This document shows positions 13,920 through 25,030 of a stretch of 64,000 nucleotides of DNA, one piece after another (the first letter of the stretch is position 1; the number at the start of each line of letters is the position of its first letter). This stretch comes from Macrostomum lignano. Lineage: Eukaryota. The notes under the pieces were generated by a model. The model saw only the letters and a program-made list of their open reading frames with translations. It did not search any database and was not told the DNA's origin. The stretch is from NCBI GenBank assembly GCA_002269645.1, contig NIVC01000751.1, positions 62,001 to 126,000 on the forward strand, in the 5' to 3' direction. A program made the translations under genes and the position numbers.

Positions 13920-14289
13920 TAGCGAGCTGAGATCATAAAAATATAGTCTGTGGGCTGCAGCTTATATGTCTATGGCCAAATCCGAAGTTGACCAGTACAA
14001 GTCAGCTAGCGAGTGAGCAAGCGCGCGAGTCTAAGTAAGATGCTTTTTTATCTGCTCTGCGATGGAAGAGTCATATATAATAAATCCACTTGTTATACTA
14101 TGGCGAAGACTTTGTTGGTGATTTTGATCCGAACTGACTGCGCCAATCTGACATCGATGCTGTCTTAGCTGTCGGTGGAGACCTTCGTAATCATCATGAT
14201 ATCTCAGCCGTCATGATGATTACGAAGACATGATTGCGAATTCATGATCACTACTGGCAGCTACATGACAACAGCTACGTCGGAGTAGT

Positions 14290-14850
14290 TCGGAACGTCT
14301 CAATCGAATTGCTTCGGATCATCATTAACTTTCGAAGATGCCATGGCTCTTAACGACAGTAGGAAGCTATCAAAGACACTGGATAGAGACAAGTGGGCGA
14401 GTAAAGTGTTCACCGCCTGGATGGCTACCAGATTTCACCAACTTCCAGACATGGTTGGTGAACTGAGTCACGACCAGCTACGTGACTTGCTACCGCGATT
14501 CTTCCACGAAGTTCGCAAACAAAATGGAAGAACGCTATCCCCTTGGATCAATTGTCTCCATCGCTGCTGGACTACAGCGTCAGGCCAGTACTTGCAGTAA
14601 AAATCCACCTGCGGACTTCTTTCGGGGTCAGGACTTCAAAGTTGTCACTGATTCGATTGATGCTGCTATGAAAATTTCTACTTCAAGTACCAAGGAGGGC
14701 AATGGACTAAAGCGCAAGAGTGCTGAAATGAATTAATTCGAAGAAGAGGCGCAACTTTGGGAGAAACAACTTGGTGACAACCAGCATGGCGTGGTGAAAA
14801 GAACAGTGACTGTTTTTGCCGCTTGTCGAGGAGCTCCTGCATTGTGTTTG
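14290..14850 (+). pseudogene. Crypton/DUF3504 tyrosine recombinase remnant B (N-terminal/central, frameshifted)
   Basis: DKWASKVFTAW...LPRFFHEVRKQNG / ERYPLGSIVSIAAGLQR...DSIDAAMK...EGNGLKRKSAEMN*FEEEAQLWEKQLG, a KCTD1/ZMYM/QRICH1-type DUF3504 pattern. Confidence 0.85.
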
Positions 14851-15709
14851 GGTGCTTGCTTTGCTAGCTGGCACATGGTTCATCCTAATTGACCATGGTA
14901 GGATGAGCGGCTTTTGTGTTGAAAAAACAATGAAGTTTTGGCGGCCTAATGCGCACTTCTATTTATTTATGAGCTGAATTCCCTTTTTCTGTCACCTATT
15001 CTACTGTTTTTCTGTTCGAATACAGTTCAATTATACACAGCTCGTTCTATTTATTAATAGTCAAGACTGCTTCATAAAAACTAATGCTTTTTGCGTTAGT
15101 TTGTGTTATCAATACAGAAAGCATGATCTACGTTCGTGTTATACCATACTACGTATAAGATACAAATGTACTAACTACTTCAAATACTATTATTCGTTTT
15201 TAATATACGCAGGTGTACACTTGGTCCTGGTCCTATAATTCTTGATGTGTGATGATTGCCATAGACATTGCCACCTAACCTATAGGAAAACAAGCAGCTT
15301 TCCAACGAAAACGGACGCGGCACGTTTTTGAGCCATGTCAGTCGGCAACGGGGTATTAAATTCTGCAATCTACGATTGCCCTAGACACTAAGATTCGGTT
15401 CCGTCAATAACTATGATTATACCCCTTTTGGCCACGCCGAATAAGTCTATGGTCCAATGTAAGACCGGCCAAATAAACGATCCAAATAAAAATAAATAAG
15501 ATAAACGAATGAGCCACAAGAAAGTACTCAAAGAAATACATGTACAAGCAACAAATTATACTGTTTTAGAAAGCGAGCAGTTGTTAACCAGTTTTTTGGC
15601 TTGACAGTTAAAAGTAAGTCAATAGGTAGTAACAGATCAACTCAATCAAAGTTGACAATCACCCCGCAAACTCCACATTGACCCCCCCCCTCAAATCACA
15701 GAACTCACC

Positions 15710-16052
15710 AGTTGTTGTGAACATAACTACCAATCACGCCTTCAGACCAGAGTTTCTTTTCGGACGTCAGCTCTCATTGAATTCCCCGTCCTTCCAGAGG
15801 CTCCATGGCTTTCCGCATTGGTTGAACAAGTAGTATTGCAGCATGCTGAAAATAATCCTTCAACGTAGAAACACCATAGCGATCACCACGTTGATTCCGG
15901 ATCTCAAAGATAAAACACTTGAGAATGTAGTTGAGATCGCGCTTGCTCAAACTCGGATAGTCGGTTGCGGTTGCCAATGGCAATTCACTTAAGACAGCTT
16001 CCACTTCAGCAAGACTAAGTGGTTTAAAGCTGACGCTATTAACATCACTCAT
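15710..16052 (-). pseudogene. Crypton tyrosine recombinase remnant C (N-terminal/central)
   Basis: DLNYILKCFIFEIRNQRGDRYGVSTLKDYF...GRGIQ*ELTSEKKLWSEGVIG. Confidence 0.8.
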
Positions 16053-16202
16053 GCAGCAAATAACTCGAAAATGTCACAGAAAAGGTTTATTAGAGACAGA
16101 GACAACTACTCACTTTTAAATACCCAACACAGTCGTTTTTGTGACGGGCATCAAACAATTTCTAGTTCAAATGTACAATGTTAATACGGCCAAACGGTGT
16201 AT

Positions 16203-16345
16203 AAATAGAAATTATTTCCGTTTATTTTAGTCTATGGTCTGAAACATAAGCTTCGGACTCGCATCCAGGCCGAGGCGAAAAACGAGGTCCTCCTCTGCTT
16301 TTGTTTGAGACCAAAGAAATAAATAAATGGAAATAACTTTCATTT
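16203..16345. other. ~143-bp degenerate palindrome containing GTCTATGG, apex CCGAGGC-GAA-(AAAC)GAGG
   Basis: Left arm AAATAGAAATTATTTCCGTTTATTTTAGTCTATGGTCTGAAAC vs reverse complement of right arm AAATGAAAGTTATTTCCATTTATTTATTTCTTTGGTCTCAAAC. Confidence 0.75.
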
Positions 16346-16459
16346 AAACAACAACATCAACAGCAACACGAGGTGGTTGAAATCAACGTAGCAAGCAACA
16401 AAAACAAATTAACAAGAGTGAGTGAGAAAGGATACGAATCTGATGCAATTTTTCTATGT

Positions 16460-16960
16460 CTAATTTTTAATTACCACACTGCAATTGTTCAGATAGAAGT
16501 GGATTGCGATGTCACTGCTGCGTGATTGCTCATGAGCTGCACGTTGAATTTGGCAACCATCGATCACAGCGGAACATTCTTGAAGTTTCACGTCTTATTT
16601 TTCCGACCATAGACTAAAATAAACGGAAATAATTTCTATTGTCCGTTTGTACTGGCGCACACCGACCAAGCTCTTGTGGCCAGTTGTCTCCATGATTTGT
16701 TGTTCATCGAGTTCAGCATGGTACAATCTTGTGGCACAAGTGGCTCCCAGGCTGTGATTCCGCCTATTTCCCTGGAAACCCGATTCTTAACAGAGACGCT
16801 TCAACATGGTCGAAACGGTATTCTTACCAAGTAAACGCTTGTTGTACCAACATGTCTCAGTAAGATTCCGCATTGCCTGCAGGTAAAAGCGACTGGTGTC
16901 TGTCGGGCGTAAGCTAAAAAACTTCATAACCGGCAGAAGACGGATGGCACGATTTCGTGC
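16460..16960 (-). pseudogene. Crypton tyrosine recombinase remnant D (catalytic C-terminus) with a 45-bp insertion
   Basis: RFYLQAM...WYNKRLLGKNTVSTMLKRLC*ESGFQGNRRNHSLGATCATRLYHAELDEQQIMETTGHKSLVGVRQYKRT [insert 16595-16639] DVKLQECSAVIDG...FYLNNCSVVIKN*. Confidence 0.9.
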
Positions 16961-16977
16961 CATAAAGTAAGTATATA

Positions 16978-17112
16978 ATCTCTCCCGTTTATTCATTTAT
17001 CTGTGGCCGTCTGAACGACTAAGAACTTGTTTCTCGGCCGAGGCGCAGCCGAGGCCTGAGAAACGAGTTTGAAGTCGTTCTGGCCATAGACAAATGAATA
17101 AACGGGAGAGAT
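16978..17112. other. 135-bp palindrome with apex GGCC-GA-GGC-GCA-GCC-GA-GGCC and CCATAGAC in the arm
   Basis: ATCTCTCCCGTTTATTCATTT...TGGCC vs GGCCATAGACAAATGAATAAACGGGAGAGAT; centred at ~17046. Confidence 0.9.
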
Positions 17113-17259
17113 AGTATTTTTCCACAACTTGGCTCGGTCTTGTGGAAAAAAAGAACTATAGCTCAACAGTCTATGGTTCTGATCGAAACGGAACAGTCCC
17201 GAGTTTGATGCGATAGCGATAGTTTGATGCTGTGTAAGCAATTTAATTACAACGCTTGC

Positions 17260-17606
17260 GCACGAAATAGCTGAAGACATTAGTGACTTTGCCAGTATTG
17301 ACGACGATATAGCGAGAATGGAGACACCCTCAAGCCCTCGCTTTTTGATTTTACGTCGGAAGAAGAGGTCATGGCTGTTGTCGATGGCTGTGTGCCAGAA
17401 GCTACTAAGAAGAAAGCTACTTGGATGGTCAACACGTTCATCATGCTGGAGGCGCTCCGACAACTGGGACTACGACGGTTGCCATTGTTCCTGATGCTGG
17501 AGGCGCTCCGACAACTGGGTCTACGACGGTTTCTACTGCTCCTGCGAAGAAAATGCGAATCGAAGTTTTTGGAAATGATAACACCGTCGTGCTCACTATG
17601 GAGTGA
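17260..17606 (+). pseudogene. internally deleted Crypton remnant E (N-terminus joined to C-terminal tail)
   Basis: PRF/DFTSEEEVMAVVDGCVPEATKKKATWMVNTF, then a tail AKKMRIEVFGNDNTVVLTME* in another frame; no YR core; ~39-bp internal duplication. Confidence 0.6.
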
Positions 17607-18109
17607 GAAAGACAAAAAGTGCTTTACTGTCATCGACTATCAGTCCATTAGCGTTAGTGTCAACCATAGTTGCTTTTTGTGGCTTTTTTGTTGTTGTTGT
17701 CAGTTCCAAATAAATCGTTTCTTCGTCCGGGAAAAATAAATAAATAGCGGGCATCACGCAAAATTAAGGCCCATATATATCCCATAGACAAATGGTTGAA
17801 AAATAAAGCCCACACTTGACTAACTGCTTGGAATAGCGGGCAATTTAAGGCTCACACCATGCTCTATTATGGCCAGCAACTATACCGGGCACGAAATGAC
17901 GTTTCGCGCCCGCTGCATCTGTCAATGACAAAAACGCCTTCACTTCTATAGATCAACTTCATTTCGCGCCCGCTGTCACTGTCTATGGTAAAAATTTATA
18001 CGAAGGACACTATTTGTATATAGTAGCCTGTATTTCTCGATTATTTCTCCATTTTCTCTACAGTATTTTTTTCGTTTTTGTATCATGTTGCGCTACGACA
18101 GAATACGCT

Positions 18110-18560
18110 AAAAGGAAATTGGCGGTTTGACTGGCGATGAGTTGGATTTTGTCGCTCGTTTTGTAAACCGCGAGGATACCGTCCCAATCGGCCAATGGAC
18201 AGGCCTTACTGAGAACCATGAACGCTTCAACGACGAGGAACTCCGTGATCCAACCAACGCTGACATTTCTCTGTTGCGTGAGTTGACCTCTGAAGAACAA
18301 TATCTTCTGCGACAGGTAGAGGAGGATAGCAAGCGAAAGTCTACCGCCAAGCAGACGGAACATCATATTCAAAGGTTTAAAAAGTTTCTGATGGAACAGG
18401 CAATGCCAACCGACATTGAGAGCATCTGATGCTGGTTCAAATTCTCTTTCGAACTGCATGATAGCCATTAGAAGTCCAGTTGGCGAAGCACCCAATTCGT
18501 TTGGGAACTGCAAGTTCGAAAACTGTACCTTAACATCACCCTCAACAAGTGAGTGTCTGA
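18110..18560 (+). pseudogene. internally deleted Crypton remnant F
   Basis: LRELTSEEQYLLRQVEEDSKRKSTAKQTEHHIQRFKKFLMEQAMPTDIESI, then the typical tail FGNCKFENCT(F)NITLNK*. Confidence 0.65.
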
Positions 18561-18799
18561 TCGAGCAGACTGAACTTTTAGCATGTTTGAGACAATGATG
18601 CGTCCCCTACTTCACTGTATACGTAAATAAGAGCTAAATAAGAGCTAAATAAGAGCCCACATTTCGTTTTAATCTGTTATTGCTGGTTGACTTACAATTA
18701 ATGACCGGCCTTTAATCAGAGGTCATTACCACGAAGTGACATTTTAATCAATGACCGCTGCTGTTTTTAATGTCTATGGCCAAGTTGAAGGGTTGAAGG

Positions 18800-19135
18800 G
18801 ACGCGAAGGACCACCTTCTTATTTACAAGAATATGCGACCTTGAGGCTGCCGGGCACAGCATGTCCGACATCATGTCCATCACTGGAAAACTATCTGAAA
18901 GAACAACGCGCCGGTACCTGGCCAAGAGACGGGATCGACCATTGCAACAATCCAGTGCAGCCGTGGCGTCAGTGCTTCAGCTACGAGTAGAAGATGAGAG
19001 TGCAGTTGCTCTGCAGCCTGGTGCCGCCCAGCGAACGGTTATTGACGAGTCGGAAGTGGCGAGGGAGATCAGCGTCGGGTCGGGGCCCAAGCTTGTCGTT
19101 AAAAACTGAACGTTGCATGGTTGCACATTCAATTA
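18800..19135 (+). pseudogene. tyrosine recombinase C-terminal remnant G
   Basis: ICDLEAAGHSMSDIMSITGKLSERTTRRYLAKRRD (box II-like IMxITGHxSxxxxxRY) and tail LVVKN*TLHGCTFN*. Confidence 0.6.
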
Positions 19136-20351
19136 GATAATTTTTTGAATCTGACAGAACTTATCACTGACTCACTCCACTGATACGAGTCGTGGCTACT
19201 GCAAAATGAATCAAGCTTTCTCGTTTTCATCCGTTTTATTGGTCCTTTTATTAAAATTTATGGTTTTTTTCCGTTTTGTAGTTATAAAGAGAAGCCATCT
19301 GTGTGTGACGGTGTGAGCTTTTGTAGATCGTTTTGTGAGCCGTCGTTGTGAAGCCTTTACAAAGTACATGTCATTATTGGTATTTAAGTATTCTATTTAA
19401 TTGTACATCTGCACGTATTGTTTGACACGTTAAGTAGATTAAGTTCTTTGGATCTTTAAGATCTTTTACTACAACTTCAAATTACTACTAAAACGTTTTA
19501 AATTTGGTTCGCAGATTTTCGACAGTATTTTCGACAGCTCCCTGTAATTCGCCCAGTTACTTCTTCACTACGTGTAAATCCTGATAGACCGCTACACAAC
19601 TCATCAACATTAGCAAAATAAAAGTAGGTCTACAACTTCGTCACATGTGTAATAAATTCTGATTCAAAAGAATGGCCACCGATTGCATGGAGGTCACTGC
19701 ATCAAACTAAAATTTTGGGCAATGACTACGCACAAATCCCTGTCGACTTGAACGTTAGAGAGAAAAGCAATTTTAACAGGTGCATCAGGGTAAGAGCAAA
19801 CATTTTAGCATCCACGATGTAGAATTGTATTAAATAGTGAGAAAAAAGGAGGGCAGTAAGCGCAAGAAGCAAGGTGCTGTTTACTGAGCAAGAAGTGCAA
19901 GAAAAAGTTCTCTATTAGAATTGTAACGCAGAATCATGAACTGACAACACATTTAAACGTGTTTACCAACGCTTGCTATTTCTGCCCTGATATGGTGCGC
20001 GAAAGCTGCGAAATATGCGAGCTACCGTGAAAACTACTTTCCCAAGTGGAAAATGTCTTGAAATGGAAAAAATGACTGACGTTGTTGGCCAAAGCATCAT
20101 AAAGAATGGCGGGGATGCCGCTGCAGCCAAGACTGCTAATCCCAATCGCTTCGCCGCGGCCGCTGCCGTTTAAACTATCACCTCTGATGGCATCATCATC
20201 GACGTCAAGCATCTCTTCGCCGAGGTGGCGTGTGCCAGCAGAAGCGAGAACATCGTCTTCCACCGCGGCCACCATCGCCGGTAGGTCTACATGCATGCAT
20301 AAAGTACAAAATCGACTTTAAACTATTGTTTTGTGAATGTGATACAGCTTT

Positions 20352-23148
20352 CCCGGGTAGCAAAGTGACGTTTCGCGACGTCAAAATGACGTTGAAAATA
20401 GGTCAAAGTGTAACGTCGAAATGACGTCAATTCTGTCGATGTTTTTTACGTAATTTTTGACCTAGATCTGTGACGTTGTTTTGACGTCAAAATGTACCGA
20501 AATTTTACCGTCTTTATTTAATAGATTTAATGGCTTTTAAATGCACGAAATGACTGGTATGATGTCTTTTAAGAAAACAAATGTTACTGGCTTTATGATT
20601 GATGGTTATCTTTGCATTCTGAAGTCAACTTTCTTTGAATGTGTGTAGGCAGTACATGTATACCCATCTTATTTCTAGAAGCTAATTGCAGTGGCGTAGC
20701 TAGGAATTTCCTTCCGGGGGTCACAGTCACAGCGGCAACCGGGGGCGGGGTGTTAGGCCTCTGCGACGGGGGAGGGGGGCTGCTGCCTGTATTTGACCTG
20801 GATCAGCCGGCTGGGGGGAGGGTTCATGACCCCAAATGACCCCCGTTGGCTACGCCCCTGGCTAATAGTTACATTTTTACCCGAAAATATTAAACAAGAA
20901 TACATGCGGACAAAGCCTTATTTTCTTCTCTTGTATACATACATATTGTAGACATTGGATTTAGAAGTTATTGTTACTTTTCTTCGTAAATTGTTATTTT
21001 AACACAAATTAAGTTGATGCTTGCATATTAAAATTTATGAAAAGGATGGTAATAAATTAAATTTTAAAAGTTGAAAAAATTACAATAGCGACAAAAACGA
21101 CAGTACTGACAAAACAGAATAGAATGTTGAAAACAGTGTCATTGAAACAAATATAAGGATGAAAGCAGCAAACAACAGAACTGTAGAATAAATAGAGTAG
21201 TTGCATATTGCTGCATATTGCCTAGTCTTTCACTCAGAAGATCTACATCAAATTCTTGATAGTCCTCAGTCTCTGAATTGGAGGAGACTGAATCAAATGG
21301 TGAATTGTTATCCTCTTCCTCAACTCCTTCCTCAAATTGACTAGCTGACATCCCTTCATGACAACCTGTTCCAATAAGCAGGGATAATGTCATCATAGGA
21401 ATGAATTTTCTCCTCCTCATCTAGGAGTTGGAATTAGTATCATTGATAGCATATAGTAGCAATCTCTCCTGTCCTCTTCACCTAGGTGGCCATCTGAAAT
21501 AGGCAGAAAAAAGTATATTTGGTTATAAAAGGATTTTGACTTATGCATTTGTACAGTTATATTTTATACATGCATCTATAAATTGCAATATACAAAACTA
21601 TATTATATAGAAGTCTTTAGCCTTACTCTTAGTCTTAGGATTTCTATACATAATCCTATAAATCTTTTTACTTTTGTTCAGACTTTCTATTCAGCTAAAA
21701 AATCTGCTTAACCACAAATTAAACAATAGTGCCCTAGCAATGCTACAATAATGTCTAAAATATGTCTAAATATGATTAACAAGCTATAGGCTACTTGATG
21801 GGGCAAAACATTAATAAATATATGTTTTAATATAGAATATAGCTAAGCATAAGTTTGTTAAGGAAATTGTAGCTCTAAGAGTGCTAAAATGAGAAATTAG
21901 GGCCTACTAAAGATTTTAATGAGCTAAGGCCTAACTAGGAAACTAAAGTATGTTTTAAATGCTAGGCCTAACATGAACTTAGCATGTATAATAGATATAA
22001 TGTCATTAAATGGCTGATTAGTAAAACTAAGAAACAAAAATATTAATTTCAAATCAAGTATGCCAAGCTTTTTTGTATGATAGAAATGCTAGAACAACTG
22101 CACCTTCCGAATAAAAATTTGAAATTGGATAGAAATGCTAGAACAACTGCACCTTCCAAATAAAAATTTGAAATTGGATCTTAGATATGATATCTAAGGT
22201 CCAATGATTATAATATATGAATAGGCTGAGAGTAAGACTGATTCGAAAATCAAGCAGTTCTTTGCAAACTGTATGTATGTAGGAATTTGATTTCCAGACA
22301 ATTATTATTTTGATAGGAACTATGTTTAACTCTAGTAGTTGTGAATTCATTGTAATCAATGCAATACTTGTGGTAGGCCAGGCTATTATTACTGTATATT
22401 TCCAATACAAACAGCAGTACTGATAGGAATTGGGGAGAGAGAAAGTAGTAGAGTTAAAATGAGCAACTATCTTATTAGCCAGCCAATTTAGCAAAGTTTG
22501 TATTAGTCGCTAAATCAGCCATGATTTGGATTGGTATTGCTTTAAGTCATTCTATACCAAAAACATCTATTGGTATGTTTTATGGCAGCTGAAAATATTT
22601 CGAATAATATTCAACCAGGAGAAAGATGACGTTTGATATCATCGTGAAGGTGAAGTTTCATATAGCTGGTAACACTAACTAAATAAAAAAGCAACGCCAC
22701 TTTTGATCTATACATAAAGCGATTTATCATGCAGCAAAATATTCAAATATACGATTTTAATAACACGTATTAACAAAATAAAACTGTAAAAAACGAGCCT
22801 TAGTTTTTCCCTTACTTTTTTCAGTTTTATAAAAATCATTAAATCTACGTTATTATAAAGTAATGCAGCATAGAAACGTCAAATTTTGGGTTCCATAATG
22901 ACTAAAGTTTGACGTTGATTTTTCAACCTACTTTCAACGAATATTTTACGTTACTTCTTTTCTATTTTACAGGTATAATTGAGCTAGCAAAATGATGACC
23001 AGGCCTATAAATGCATATTGACTCTGGCATCTAATTATGCAAAAATAAACTACAATATCAACGAAGACGGGCTGGGGTGAATAGATTTGCGAAGGTAATT
23101 TTTGCGACGTCAACGCAACCGCAAATTGACGTCAAAATGCTACCCGGG
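20352..23148. mobile_element. EnSpm/CMC-like non-autonomous DNA transposon, 2.8 kb
   Basis: Perfect 11-bp TIR CCCGGGTAGCA...TGCTACCCGGG; dense subterminal GACGTC/TGACGT repeats at both ends; AT-rich interior; no clean TSD seen. Confidence 0.75.
20689..20860. mobile_element. hAT-like MITE, 172 bp, nested in the EnSpm-like element
   Basis: TIR CAGTGGCGTAGC...GCTACGCCCCTG; 8-bp TSD GCTAATTG/GCTAATAG (7/8). Confidence 0.85.
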
Positions 23149-23149
23149 A

Positions 23150-24183
23150 AGTATTGCGAAATATGGGCTGCATCTGTATGGCAACTTGTCAAAGTATAAA
23201 TTACTATTACCAATCACAGACAAGGCTAAGCCAGCAGACTATTCAATGGCTGTGGCTGCCTACGAGGCGACTATTCCGGTTTCGTAGAAACCGAAGTGCA
23301 CGACACCGCGGCTCCTGACACCGGGCGTACCGCTGCACCCAGCAGTGCCCCTGTCTGCCAGTGTCACCGCTACCGCTGACGCGAGTCTCCGAGCCTTCCG
23401 TGCAATGTCCATATAGATGGTATATGTGCGAAACGCTTCGCAGATGAAGATGATGCTGGATAGCGCCTTGAGAAGGGGATACGCTACTCAACTTGCGATT
23501 GGTAAGTAAAAACTCGCTGTGCCGCTTCTTTATGAGCGATCTTGCAGCTGCAACGATAGACATCGATGATAGCTGCCTGTCTCGCAACGTCCTGCTCTAC
23601 AGATGGGTCATGTCCTACCCGTTGGGCAGTGTGACCCCTCGGCCAGACGATTCACAGTTGGTTTGTGGCAACCCGCTGCTGATGCGACAGACTCGAGTAT
23701 TTTTCCTCAGTACAGATAATGCACCAGATACGGGCCGAGGAGTTGGGCATTAGCCCGCTGCCGTCCACCCTGGTTCGACCGAGTTTGTGCGGTGTTCTCA
23801 AGCTGTCTCCGGTAGTGGCATCGACCGCGGCTGCTGCCGCAGCAGATACCTCGCTCAGCAACATTAGCGCGCACCGCGTTGTGCTGGGTGGCGGCTGGGC
23901 AGTCCAGCGCGAGCTTTGCGCCTCAATGCGGCAGGCACTTGTAGCTCCGGCTATATTGTATCCCTGGGGACCAAGCGGCGTTGGGAAGTTCGCTATGGTC
24001 GCAATACACTTCGGCCGCGAGACAGTGTACACTCCCGACTTATCGGAGACTTTCCCATTCGACGGACTGAAGCTCGGCATCCATCGCTGTCTATTCTTCG
24101 ATGAGTTTTGCAAGTACACGCGTCAAGGGGGCGCTGCAAAAGAACCCACAGCGGCAGACAGTCTGCATGCACGCATCGATTGA
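23150..24183 (+). pseudogene. degraded CRESS-DNA-virus-like Rep (SF3 helicase C-terminus; endonuclease region degraded)
   Basis: Walker A ILYPWGPSGVGK (G at 23968, K ends 23988) and Walker B HRCLFFDEF (D at 24100), with an intervening FPFDGL motif; upstream frameshifted Rep-like segments PCNVHIDG...LEKGIRYS and CLSRNVLLYRWVMS. Confidence 0.7.
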
Positions 24184-24589
24184 TTAGTCGAAACTGGAGG
24201 GCCGGCACAGAACCGAGTGGTGGTGGAGGCGCTACAGTCTTGCTGAGCCTGTCAGCGAGTAAGCGCATCCCCGTTTTGACCTCTTCTGGCAGACTATCAT
24301 AGTATGTCGACTATCACAGCAAGCTGCATGCGGCCGAAGCTGCTGCTGACGACGGAAACGATGAAAGTGTCGCCCGAACCAAACGGCGTCGGCAGCATCA
24401 GCAGCAGCGAAAGTTGTAATCTTTGGCAGCGTCTGCGGTGGTTGTGGCGGCTACGGTCAAAGCGGCGGCGGCGGCAGAGGTGACTGAGTTCGAAGCGGCA
24501 GCATTTAGTCAGCCTAAGCAGCATCAGCAAAATGCTGCAGTAGACAAACTGGACGCCGCGGTTTACGGCGAGGCGGCGGCCAAACAGCT

Positions 24590-25030
24590 AGCCATTTTGA
24601 AGATATGTTATTCGACGAGGAGACCGGTATTCGCGACCGGCAGGACGCTGGTTTCCGAAAGGAATGGCAGTTTTACAATCTGGCGATGACGGCGTTGGCC
24701 AGAATGAACCCAAGCGCCGGCTTTCGCGATGCCTCATTCTGGTTGACGGATCTAAGGCAGGCTGCCAGAGGTCCGGTCCTCGTCAGAGAGCTTAGGAACG
24801 GCACGCATCCGGGCTGAGGCAATCGTCAAGTGCGTCAAATATATGCTCGATTATATAGACAACGACCCAGCGCGACTAGCAGCTGTCATTTCATCATTGT
24901 GCGTTGGGCCCGTGTTTGTGGGGGAAATCACGTGCACCCAGACCAGACCCCTGCCTCCTCTGGACAAAACCCGTGCGCCAGTTGCTAAAAAAGCAACAGA
25001 GCCACCAATGAATCGCAGCGGGGGATCTTG
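24590..25030 (+). pseudogene. unidentified coding-like remnant downstream of the Rep
   Basis: GC-rich, protein-like across a frameshift: FEDMLFDEETGIRDRQDAGFRKEWQFYNLAMTALARMN... / AEAIVKCVKYMLDYIDNDPARLAAVISSLCVGPVFVGEI. Confidence 0.3.

Noticed and set aside
23202-23210. TACTATTAC matching the CRESS nonanucleotide NANTATTAC
   Set aside because: No flanking stem, and it lies inside the presumed Rep coding region in AT-rich sequence.
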